In this document: one piece after another, positions 1-7,576 of the stretch
Numbering within the stretch: the first letter of the stretch is position 1
How the letters are laid out: each line of letters begins with the position of its first letter
IMG/VR virus record: IMGVR_UViG_3300026472_000004
DNA length: 50,660 nucleotides
Origin: a virus
Reading direction: 5' to 3' (one strand)
Translations under genes and position numbers: made by a program
Notes under the pieces: model-generated
Databases searched by the model: none
What the model was told of the DNA's origin: nothing
Seen by the model: the letters and a program-made list of their open reading frames with translations, nothing else

Positions 1-21
1 TTTTGAACGATTAATGCCATA
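1..21. repeat. attL core (direct repeat TTTTGAACGATTAATGCCATA)
   Basis: Exact copy of 50640-50660. Confidence 0.85.
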
Positions 22-78
22 ACGCCTAAACCCTTGAATTGATACAGGTAAAGTTTATTCCTGCTTACCGTGACTTTT

Positions 79-103
79 ATTATGTACACATATATGTACA
101 TAA
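79..103. promoter_or_regulatory. Candidate Int/Xis arm-type sites (ATTATGTACAC ... TGTACATAA inverted repeat)
   Basis: ATTATGTACAC at 79-89 recurs at 50484-50494. TATGTACA / TGTACATA form an inverted repeat here. Confidence 0.5.
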
Positions 104-228
104 ATGAAAATACTGAATTTTTTAGCAAGCCGTAAAATTCGGGACAGTATATAGCAACGTAAATACGCTAACAATCATTGAAATAGACTAAAAGTACTAA
201 GTTTTGCGATTTTTAGCTTTTATACTAT

Positions 229-444
229 TTATATAGCCTTTTTAACAGGTTCAGAAACTTGGCACTTTTCTTCCCATGCTATTACTTCAGTTGTAAGATA
301 TCTTTTCATTGTTCCACCATCCGAACCAAATGCAGGGGCAGGGAATGGAACACCCCATGGCGTTTTTTCCTGCCATCTATTTAAGGTGCGTTTTGAAATA
401 TGAAACATTTCACACACGCTATTTGAAGTTAGATATTTTTCCAT
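229..444 (-). CDS. AlpA/excisionase-like HTH protein
   Basis: Small HTH protein (SKRTLNRW ... FPAP ... W) resembling the AlpA/Xis family. Last gene before attL. ATG at 444 overlaps the upstream stop (TGATG). Confidence 0.6.
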   Translation of the reverse strand: MEKYLTSNSVCEMFHISKRTLNRWQEKTPWGVPFPAPAFGSDGGTMKRYLTTEVIAWEEKCQVSEPVKKAI

Positions 445-671
445 CAACAATTCTCCGATTTATCTGCTTCATCCCAAACTGCAAAGGCAACACAGTCTTC
501 TGCATAATCGTCTGTGACCTCTATATGCCCTGTATGTAGACAACTGGGGCAAGTGATTTTGTCACCTTCATAAAGAAGATTTTTATTTCCTTCTTCAGTT
601 TCAACGTTGGCAATACCAAATCCGCATTTATTACAATGTTCTAACCAAAGCACTTCTATATTTTTAGTCAT
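444..671 (-). CDS. Hypothetical zinc-ribbon protein
   Basis: CNKC...CPSC Cys4 pattern. Overlaps its neighbours in the leftward operon, consistent with translational coupling. Confidence 0.6.
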   Translation of the reverse strand: MTKNIEVLWLEHCNKCGFGIANVETEEGNKNLLYEGDKITCPSCLHTGHIEVTDDYAEDCVAFAVWDEADKSENC

Positions 672-1083
672 GACTTAGCTCCTTTGCTTCGATCATTGCT
701 TTAGTTTCATCATTGAAAACCTTGATAAAATCATTTCCATGTTCAATGGCTAAAATTAAGAATTTATGCAAGAAAAATGATTGCTCATCTTCAGCTTTTT
801 TAGGTATATCAAAACCAAGCTTGCGGTAAACCTGGGCAGCGTTGATAAAGTAAAAACACTGGTAACTTAATGCAGTTTTGATAGCTTTGGTTGGCTCAAT
901 AGGCAATAAAACAAACCCTTCAGGGGTGGCTTTGGCTGCAAGCCAAGATTTTTCACTTTGTTCAAAATCTTGCATGAACTCAGGGCTTCCATTTAAATAC
1001 CACTGATAAGAAACAGGATCTTCTTGCTTGTACCATCTTTCATGTAACTTTTTTTCTTTATTAATATCCATCACATCCACCAT
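664..1083 (-). CDS. Hypothetical early protein
   Basis: 139-aa ORF in the leftward early operon; no recognisable motif. Confidence 0.6.
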   Translation of the reverse strand: MVDVMDINKEKKLHERWYKQEDPVSYQWYLNGSPEFMQDFEQSEKSWLAAKATPEGFVLLPIEPTKAIKTALSYQCFYFINAAQVYRKLGFDIPKKAEDEQSFFLHKFLILAIEHGNDFIKVFNDETKAMIEAKELSHD

Positions 1084-1128
1084 AAATCTAAATTAATAAT
1101 TACGTACCCATTTAATAAAATCATCACT

Positions 1129-1398
1129 TCAAGCAACATTAGAAACCCTTCCATGTTTAGTCCTCAAAGTTATATCTGGTGAAGATAAGTGCTCCTCAAA
1201 TTCCTTACCCAATTCAAAAGCTGCTGTATTCCCATTTAAGCCATCAGTTACCAATACATAATGATGTTTCTTTTTGATTCCACGGTCGCTAATGCGCGCC
1301 GTGAAACCTTTAAATTTGAGATTTTTAACTTCATATCCAAGCTTTTCCAACCAAATTTGAAAAGCTCTTAAGTTTTTGGTTTTAACTACAGTTTTCAA
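1129..1398 (-). CDS. Hypothetical early protein
   Basis: 89-aa ORF whose start overlaps the upstream gene's stop. Confidence 0.55.
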   Translation of the reverse strand: MKTVVKTKNLRAFQIWLEKLGYEVKNLKFKGFTARISDRGIKKKHHYVLVTDGLNGNTAAFELGKEFEEHLSSPDITLRTKHGRVSNVA

Positions 1399-2738
1399 TT
1401 TTTAGCTTCCCATGGAATGTCGGTTTTCATCATGAGGTCTGAACGTCGTTGACTTACATAGCTCATTAAACGTTCCTGAATTTGAGGATCACATTCGCTT
1501 ATTTCATCTTCAAGTTTTGTAAGTTCAATCAAAGTTTTTGCTTCTTGAATCCTTACCATTAATGATGATTGGGATTTCTCTGGTGGGTTAAATTCAGCTA
1601 AACGTTTATGGATAGCATCCATAACTGGCTTTCGTTCTTCTTCAGTCCAATTCATTGTGTATTTGTATAGGGCGTTTGCTTCTTTAGGAGTCTTAACTAT
1701 CTTCAAACGTTCTATCAACTCATCAAGAACCGATTGATATGGATGCAATGCAGGAGAATTATCATCTGCAATTAATGAATATTCTGTGGTGGTCAATTTT
1801 TCCTGAGAAACGATTGTGATAGGTTGGCTTAATTCAGACAATTTACTTTCCTTAGCCATCGTAATTTCAAGCATTTGTTCAGCTGAAAACCCTTGAGTAT
1901 CAAGATCCCTTAAAATGATTTCAATTTCTTTCTCAGATTCACAAGAGTTAATTCCATCTATATAAATTTGATGGTCCAAGCTTGTTAATTTTGGCGCATA
2001 TTGTTCAGGATCAAGCTCTATCAACTTATCCTCTGTTAGCTTACATAGATGTTGAGTATGTTCACGCTCTAGATGACCATTAGCAAAAAACACCGTGCGT
2101 AACAAAAGAACAGCTTCTGTCGTAGTACAGTTTGCAATTTGCGCTGCAAATTTATTAATTATTAAGGTAGGATCTGTTTCAATTTCTGAAACTTCTTGAA
2201 TAGTGAATCCTTTACGGCTTTCAGTTGTTGGCTCTTTAACAACGTCTTGAGCTATTTCACTAGTTGACTCAGTTTTTTTACGTGTAGTTTTTTTTGGTTT
2301 AGCTTCTGGTTTCATGAATTCTTGAAAATTCACAACTTTTAAGACTAAATCATTATTTATACCAAGTAAGCTTTGCATAGCTTTAGCTTGATTTTGGGCA
2401 CTTTCAAAGTCACGCTGTACCGAACCATTTTTTACTGCTAAAACGAGTTCTTCATATTCAGGAATAAATTGTCCTTTAACAATACTTCCAGTATTACCCA
2501 GTAAAAACACATCTTGTCCTTCTGAAAGTTCTTCCAGAGAATAAGGTTTTAAGAATGTGTATCCATTAATTGAGATTTCATCAATCTTGATACAAAACTC
2601 ATAATTCTGCATAGCAAAAACAGTAGCTGGGAATTGATCAAGATCGTCAAATTCCATCAACTCGCCTACAGCACGACACATGATATTTTTACCAGCCATA
2701 AGTGCTGAAAATGCTTCATTACTATTTAAAATATTCAT
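1395..2738 (-). CDS. Hypothetical large acidic early protein (447 aa from Met13)
   Basis: ATGA start/stop overlap with the upstream ATPase gene at 2735-2738; no confident domain. Confidence 0.65.
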   Translation of the reverse strand: MNILNSNEAFSALMAGKNIMCRAVGELMEFDDLDQFPATVFAMQNYEFCIKIDEISINGYTFLKPYSLEELSEGQDVFLLGNTGSIVKGQFIPEYEELVLAVKNGSVQRDFESAQNQAKAMQSLLGINNDLVLKVVNFQEFMKPEAKPKKTTRKKTESTSEIAQDVVKEPTTESRKGFTIQEVSEIETDPTLIINKFAAQIANCTTTEAVLLLRTVFFANGHLEREHTQHLCKLTEDKLIELDPEQYAPKLTSLDHQIYIDGINSCESEKEIEIILRDLDTQGFSAEQMLEITMAKESKLSELSQPITIVSQEKLTTTEYSLIADDNSPALHPYQSVLDELIERLKIVKTPKEANALYKYTMNWTEEERKPVMDAIHKRLAEFNPPEKSQSSLMVRIQEAKTLIELTKLEDEISECDPQIQERLMSYVSQRRSDLMMKTDIPWEAKN

Positions 2739-3805
2739 GCGCTCCAACCCTCCATATCTGACTTTGCTTGGCATGCATTTAGAATTTGAGTTTCGTATTT
2801 AGAGCCACGGAAATACTTAGCGGGCTTATCTAAATCATTAGTAGATTTGGCATGCTCAATATCTTTGAGTGCCATTTGATAATCATTTTCTAAACGCGCA
2901 TCATTTTCAGCTTGAAGCTGTTGTTCATTGGCTTGATGGGCTTGTTTATTTCTCTGAATAATTGATTGAATACCACTGCAGGTTTCGTCAAACTTTTGCT
3001 GCAAAACATCATGCAAGCTATTTAGTCCACGTTTAGCACAATATTTCTCTATGTCGATTCCAGCTTGTTGCATAAGAGCTTCAAGTTCAAAGAATTGATT
3101 ACCATTTATGCAAGCATCAGCAGAGCCCGAAATCAACCATTGCTTTAATGCAACACCATCACTTTCAGTCAACTGACGTGGATCAAGAAATAAGCGAGTA
3201 CGATCTTTTGTGGCAATAGCGAGATTGTCATGCGTCAGATCCAACACTGTAGTAAATTCATACTCAATGCCATCACGCTGTTCAGCTTTCATTCCAACTT
3301 TTTCTACTTTTTTCTTGCCGTTATTTTCTACCTGAATTGTTTCCATTTTAGAGCGCAAAGTGACAATTATATTAATGCTTGATTGGAGCATTGCATCTAT
3401 AAACTTACGGTGACGTGGGGTAACTTGGCTCCAAGCACCCCAACTATTTCCCTTGAATGTAGTGCCAGCTAATTTATCAACTATTTCAAGACACCCACCC
3501 ACACCAGACCATTCATGAGTAATACTGTCGATAATTAAAGTATCGAACCCAGCATTTTCAGCGGCCTTAATAACCTCAATAAATTTTTCTGGTGAATAGG
3601 GTGGTTGAATATTTGCATGTTCAAATAAAACTATATCGTCATATAGCTCAGCACTACTATTCTCTGTATCTGCAACAGCAATACGGCCACCAATTCCTTT
3701 AGCTAAAAGTAGTGCACCAAAAGTTTTACCCGCTCCAGTTGGTCCGGCAATTGCTAAGCGTAATTTTGCATTTTTGCGTTGAGCTTTCTTAAAAAATACA
3801 GTCAT
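2735..3805 (-). CDS. AAA_24/Sak4-like RecA-fold ATPase (recombination/replication accessory)
   Basis: Walker A AGPTGAGKT near the N-terminus and Walker B-like LIIDSI. Typical phage Sak4-type layout with a C-terminal extension. Confidence 0.65.
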   Translation of the reverse strand: MTVFFKKAQRKNAKLRLAIAGPTGAGKTFGALLLAKGIGGRIAVADTENSSAELYDDIVLFEHANIQPPYSPEKFIEVIKAAENAGFDTLIIDSITHEWSGVGGCLEIVDKLAGTTFKGNSWGAWSQVTPRHRKFIDAMLQSSINIIVTLRSKMETIQVENNGKKKVEKVGMKAEQRDGIEYEFTTVLDLTHDNLAIATKDRTRLFLDPRQLTESDGVALKQWLISGSADACINGNQFFELEALMQQAGIDIEKYCAKRGLNSLHDVLQQKFDETCSGIQSIIQRNKQAHQANEQQLQAENDARLENDYQMALKDIEHAKSTNDLDKPAKYFRGSKYETQILNACQAKSDMEGWSA

Positions 3806-3807
3806 GA

Positions 3808-4110
3808 TTAAGCTCCAGTCCATCCCATGCGTTTTTTATACGCACGACGTTCGTAAGAGGGGATATTTGAATTTTGAAGCCCAATAGCCAATGCTTTGCG
3901 CTTCTGAAACTTGCGCTCACGTTCAAAATTAAGGCTAATCCAAGGTTTCTCTAAGTGCTCTGCGAATTCGATAATGTACAAATAGCCTGATTTACTAACT
4001 CGGTAGATTTCACCATTTTTCTGAATGTATTCAGACGAATAAATACGCATGCGGAATTCACCGTTTTCATCGCTGATGAATTCTGACTTTTTTGGAGCTG
4101 ATGTATTCAT
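3808..4110 (-). CDS. Hypothetical early protein
   Basis: 100-aa ORF tightly packed in the operon. Confidence 0.55.
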   Translation of the reverse strand: MNTSAPKKSEFISDENGEFRMRIYSSEYIQKNGEIYRVSKSGYLYIIEFAEHLEKPWISLNFERERKFQKRKALAIGLQNSNIPSYERRAYKKRMGWTGA

Positions 4111-4577
4111 TAGACAGCCTCCACCATACGGTTACGTTCGATGTAGTTAACTATCACTTGATTGATATTTCGGTGATCGTTGTAATCTGTGAAGTCGTTA
4201 TATTCTTTGCCGTTGATGTCTTGGATCTCGTCAATTGCTAAGTTGGTGATATCAACTGCAGTAAATTCCGAACCAGGTACACCGTAGCTATCTTGGTGAG
4301 ATTCAAAATTAAAGCTAACTTTAAGTAAGAAGCTATCAAGTTTAACAACGGCCATGCCAGCTGAATCAGAAGTGACCTTTAAAGCTTGGATGCTATATGA
4401 AGAAGGGGCAGTGTTAGGAACTACTACTGCAGGTTTATATTCAGTAGATTTTTGATCATATGTTAGACCGATAGCACCTACTGTGAATAAACCACTTATT
4501 GCTGCTACTTTGATAAAGCTGAATGACTGCACACGATGTGTAACAATGGGATTGATTGAATTTGGTTTTGTGTTCAT
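4110..4577 (-). CDS. Hypothetical membrane-anchored protein (first gene of early-left operon)
   Basis: N-terminal hydrophobic helix (VAAISGLFTVGAIGL). AGGTGA RBS upstream of the ATG at 4577. Confidence 0.6.
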   Translation of the reverse strand: MNTKPNSINPIVTHRVQSFSFIKVAAISGLFTVGAIGLTYDQKSTEYKPAVVVPNTAPSSYSIQALKVTSDSAGMAVVKLDSFLLKVSFNFESHQDSYGVPGSEFTAVDITNLAIDEIQDINGKEYNDFTDYNDHRNINQVIVNYIERNRMVEAV

Positions 4578-4595
4578 AATTCACCTGTAGTAAGG

Positions 4596-4632
4596 AAAAG
4601 CGCATTAGATTTGACGGTCGATGCGCTTTTTT
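4596..4632 (-). terminator. Hairpin/terminator in the leader between putative PL and the first early-left gene
   Basis: AAAAGCGCAT-N15-ATGCGCTTTT. On the minus strand the stem is followed by UUUUCCUU. Confidence 0.5.
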
Positions 4633-4648
4633 GTTATCTGGTGAAATT

Positions 4649-4677
4649 ATTAAACCAAAGATTTAACTTTGTTGCAA
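4649..4677 (-). promoter_or_regulatory. Putative PL (TTGCAA-N17-TTTAAT on minus strand)
   Basis: Same architecture as the putative PR, with the operator overlapping the spacer and -10. Confidence 0.5.
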
Positions 4678-4701
4678 TAGGTTGTTAAACTATAGATTGA
4701 A
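4650..4701. promoter_or_regulatory. Two copies of the 17-bp operator-like palindrome (TTAAAC-N6-TTTAA)
   Basis: TTAAACCAAAGATTTAA (4650-4666) and TTAAACTATAGATTGAA (4685-4701) match TTAAACCTATGATTTAA at 6984-7000. Confidence 0.55.
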
Positions 4702-4737
4702 TTATTTTAAATTTAAGATTTAACATGCTTTAATAGA

Positions 4738-4766
4738 CAAAAGAAAACCCACGTAGGGTGGGTTAG
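4738..4766 (-). terminator. Rho-independent terminator (minus strand) ending the immunity-region transcript
   Basis: AACCCAC-GTAGG-GTGGGTT stem, followed on the minus strand by TTTTCTTTT. Confidence 0.55.
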
Positions 4767-4778
4767 ATGGGGTTTATT

Positions 4779-4958
4779 ATGAGTGAAAATATCGAAGTGA
4801 TATCAAAAGGCACTAACATTCAAAATATGAGTTGTTCTTATACTTTGCTAGAAGATGTCAAAGTAGATGGTATGAAAATCTACTTTAACCAAGTTTTAAA
4901 AGCTCAAGTGGATTTTGAGAATGGAATAGGGGCAATTGGTGGGGCTATCAACATTTAA
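4779..4958 (+). CDS. Possible small ORF (about 59 aa), uncertain
   Basis: Track ORF 4767-4958. Abuts the convergent 4959-5249 gene with no gap. It lies in what would otherwise be that gene's 3' UTR. Confidence 0.3.
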   Translation: MSENIEVISKGTNIQNMSCSYTLLEDVKVDGMKIYFNQVLKAQVDFENGIGAIGGAINI

Positions 4959-5249
4959 TTAAAAGAAAGTGCTTTTTAGAGGATCAACAATTTTTTGATC
5001 AACATTATAAGAAGCCCAATCATTTAGATCGATTTTAGCAACAAAAATTGTATCGTCTTGATCAACATAAGATTTTAAAAAATCTCTTATTTGTGATGAA
5101 GTAAAAGTTGTTTTTACAATAAATTGAGATAAAGTTGGTTTAACCCAAACTGTGCCTGACAAAGCATCAATACCCTCTTGAAGTCGAGCATAGTTTTTAA
5201 TTTTATGTAAATCATATGTTATTGAGTATGCAGCCATTATTTTCTCCAC
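4959..5249 (-). CDS. Hypothetical 96-aa protein (secondary-structure pattern reminiscent of a Cas2-like ferredoxin fold)
   Basis: The pattern YSITYDL...Y..L...G.VW...SQFIV.T...DD.IFV.KI resembles the Cas2 beta-alpha-beta layout. Similarity judged by eye only. Confidence 0.5.
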   Translation of the reverse strand: MEKIMAAYSITYDLHKIKNYARLQEGIDALSGTVWVKPTLSQFIVKTTFTSSQIRDFLKSYVDQDDTIFVAKIDLNDWASYNVDQKIVDPLKSTFF

Positions 5250-5284
5250 CCGATCAATTCTAAAGGTCTGCGTCGGGTTCGCAG

Positions 5285-5629
5285 TTATTTTGATTTAAGA
5301 CAAATTTCTTTATAAACAGTACTAATGCCTTTATGTATGTTGGTTTTTACAGCATCTGGAGTATTTTGTAAGTTAAAACTACCTAGATATACAATAGATT
5401 TTTTTGAGCAATTAACTTTGATTGTATGGGGTATTTTTAAGCTCAATCTATTGCCTCCAGTTTCATATTTAACAAGTATCGATCCATCAGGCTGTTTTTC
5501 AATATTTTCATCAATCCTAACAACAGTGCCAGTAGCACGATTTTCTTTAGTAGAAATATCTTTCCACGATTCGGCATATGCTTGGGCTATGATTAAAAAC
5601 ACACTAATAAAAAAATATTGAACTCTCAT
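5285..5629 (-). CDS. Exported hypothetical protein
   Basis: N-terminal signal peptide (FFISVFLIIAQAYA/ESW); AT-rich. Confidence 0.6.
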   Translation of the reverse strand: MRVQYFFISVFLIIAQAYAESWKDISTKENRATGTVVRIDENIEKQPDGSILVKYETGGNRLSLKIPHTIKVNCSKKSIVYLGSFNLQNTPDAVKTNIHKGISTVYKEICLKSK

Positions 5630-5718
5630 TTACTTCCCAAATATCTGATATTTCATGAGTTGATTTCAATTTTATACATATCTTAATTCACCTCTGGAAA
5701 TTATATCAGGTTCGCAGT

Positions 5719-5796
5719 TTAAAAAACCATTGAGAGCCAACAGAGGGCAACCGCAATAAGAAGTAACCCTAATTTCATGTAGTCAAATTTATTCAT
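5719..5796 (-). CDS. Possible 25-aa hydrophobic peptide (MNKFDYMKLGLLLIAVALCWLSMVF)
   Basis: Below the track's size cut-off. A single hydrophobic helix with a weak RBS. Confidence 0.25.
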   Translation of the reverse strand: MNKFDYMKLGLLLIAVALCWLSMVF

Positions 5797-5835
5797 TTTA
5801 GTTTCTTATCAACTTATAGAATTGAACATGGCTGT

Positions 5836-6153
5836 CTATACATTGGAATACTTCTCTAAAAACTCATCCACCCATCCCTGAGCAACTTCAAGATTAGTGA
5901 TGTCAGACAATTTTAGATTGGTTTCTTCAGCTTCGTTAAACCCCTCAATTATTGCTTCAAAGATATTTGCCTCAGCAATTACTTCATTTGCTGTTTCAGC
6001 AGGGTCATAGCTTTGTTTGGCCTTTTTAAGTGATGCTATTTGTTTATCAATTCCTGAGCCAATTTTAGCTAATGCCAATTTAAAATCTTGACGATTAATT
6101 GTTAGAGCAGTTTTGGATTTATTAAGTGTTGCGATCATAATATTCTCATTCAT
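5836..6153 (-). CDS. Hypothetical protein immediately downstream of the repressor (rex-like position)
   Basis: 105-aa ORF 40 nt downstream of the CI-like gene on the same strand. Confidence 0.6.
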   Translation of the reverse strand: MNENIMIATLNKSKTALTINRQDFKLALAKIGSGIDKQIASLKKAKQSYDPAETANEVIAEANIFEAIIEGFNEAEETNLKLSDITNLEVAQGWVDEFLEKYSNV

Positions 6154-6193
6154 TTAATAAATTTTAATTAATCAGTTCGCCAGAACTGACATG

Positions 6194-6913
6194 CTATATC
6201 TCACCATCATAAGTATGAGAAACGTATTTACCAATAATACTAATGTGCTCTAACTGATCCGGCTCAACGATCTCACGTTGATATTGGGGGTTGTCACTAT
6301 CAATAATTAAAGCACCATCAAATCGACGAGAAAGTCTTTTAATTTTTAATTCATTGCCGTAACGAATTGCATACACCTTTCCAGATTGGATTTGATCAAG
6401 CGTATTTACTGACTTGTCAAGCATCACAATACTGCCGCTTGGTATTCTAGGTTCCATACTGTCGCCGTCAGTATCAACGGTTATTAAGTTTTTTGGGGAT
6501 ACTTTTTTCTTATGTACCCAACTCAGTAATTGCGCAGAACCCATATCTCTTTGACTTGGCTCATAGGCAGCTAAATGGCCATTACCTGCTGAAAATTTCA
6601 CTTCGACATGAGGAATAATTACATAAACGCTTGGATCTAAATCATCAGGTGATTCCCATGCTACAACAGGCGTACCTTCATTTTGCAGAGAGTTTCCAGG
6701 GCCATTCCCATTCCCGGTCAATAGCCATCCAGCATCAACATTTAAGAGATCTGCTAGCTTTTCGACAGTCTCCCTACCAATCTTTCCCTTTTTCCAATTG
6801 GAAGCGGCTTGAGCTGATAAGCCGATCTTTAATGCAGCAGCAGACCATTTAATATCTGCTTTATTAAGAGCCAACTGTATACGATCAACTATAGTTTCCA
6901 TGGAGAACAACAT
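6194..6913 (-). CDS. CI-like phage repressor (XRE HTH + S24 LexA-like autopeptidase)
   Basis: N-terminal HTH, a candidate Ala-Gly cleavage site (FSAGNG), GDSMEP serine motif and KIKRL lysine motif. Divergent from the Cro-like gene. Confidence 0.9.
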   Translation of the reverse strand: MLFSMETIVDRIQLALNKADIKWSAAALKIGLSAQAASNWKKGKIGRETVEKLADLLNVDAGWLLTGNGNGPGNSLQNEGTPVVAWESPDDLDPSVYVIIPHVEVKFSAGNGHLAAYEPSQRDMGSAQLLSWVHKKKVSPKNLITVDTDGDSMEPRIPSGSIVMLDKSVNTLDQIQSGKVYAIRYGNELKIKRLSRRFDGALIIDSDNPQYQREIVEPDQLEHISIIGKYVSHTYDGEI

Positions 6914-6915
6914 TT

Positions 6916-7001
6916 ATAAACCTTTAGTTTAAAATTTTAATTGAATTAGATAAAAATAGAAGCAATCGTGAATTGAATTTAAATTAAACCTATGATTTAA
7001 T
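6916..7001. promoter_or_regulatory. Immunity switch region: operators (6916-6932, 6984-7000) and putative PR (TTGAAT 6973-6978, N17, TTTAAT 6996-7001)
   Basis: The 17-bp palindrome TTAAACCTATGATTTAA overlaps the PR spacer and -10. A degenerate copy (13 of 17) lies next to the repressor start. Confidence 0.55.
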
Positions 7002-7033
7002 TTGGTGGTGTTAAACAATTAGAGAGATTTAAT

Positions 7034-7276
7034 TTGAACCCTATTAAACATGCCTTCGATGCAGTAGGTGGGCGAACTAAAGCTGCATTATTACTAGGTC
7101 GCTCGTATATGGCGATGAGCAAGATGGAAAAACGCGGAATATTACCTAGAACCGAATATACAGGTGAAACCACGTATGCCCAGATTCTGGCAAACAATAG
7201 TGATGGAGCTTTTACAGCGCAATGGCTACTAGAGAAAGCTAAACCAGACACATCTGTAATCAAGGAACAATTATGA
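7034..7276 (+). CDS. Cro/YdaS-like HTH regulator (TTG start)
   Basis: Small HTH protein divergent from the repressor; GAGAG RBS. Confidence 0.65.
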   Translation: MNPIKHAFDAVGGRTKAALLLGRSYMAMSKMEKRGILPRTEYTGETTYAQILANNSDGAFTAQWLLEKAKPDTSVIKEQL

Positions 7277-7545
7277 GTCTTGAAAAAGAGGATCTTCGAA
7301 CTAAGCACGACCCTGAAATTATGGACAAACTTCGAGATATTTCTGCGTATTACGGTATGGAAATGAGTAGACAAGCTTCGATCCTCTTCGAAAAAGCCAT
7401 TGTTGGTGAATGGCATATCGTCAATTTAGGGCTTGAGCGAATCAAAAGAAATGAGCGGATGCGGGAGATAGTGGTCGGTGACGGGAATGACGGGGATAGT
7501 CAGGTCAAATTTCCACTTCAAGTTTTAGACAATAAAAAAGCCTGA
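7273..7545 (+). CDS. Hypothetical regulator (CII position)
   Basis: Start overlaps the Cro-like gene's stop; no confident motif. Confidence 0.55.
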   Translation: MSLEKEDLRTKHDPEIMDKLRDISAYYGMEMSRQASILFEKAIVGEWHIVNLGLERIKRNERMREIVVGDGNDGDSQVKFPLQVLDNKKA

Positions 7546-7566
7546 TCTCAGAAATCAGGCTTCTAA
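7539..7566 (+). terminator. Hairpin/weak terminator (tR1-like position)
   Basis: AGCCTGAT-N7-ATCAGGCT includes the stop codon; the T-tract is poor. Confidence 0.4.
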
Positions 7567-7576
7567 TTCATCAATT

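Noticed and set aside
309-539. Plus-strand 76-aa ORF overlapping the xis-like and zinc-ribbon genes
   Set aside because: It is antisense to two tightly coupled minus-strand genes, has no RBS and has an odd composition. The same reasoning applies to 5325-5621 (+), 6631-6852 (+), 6997-7416 (-), 8459-8698 (-), 8909-9112 (-), 9504-9758 (-) and 9912-10097 (-).
2640-2738. N-terminus of the 447-aa early protein looked like a DUF2829/Tad2-type motif (AFSALMAGKNIMCR)
   Set aside because: Only a similarity of about 14 residues is seen. The conserved tryptophans of that family are absent, so it is too weak to call.
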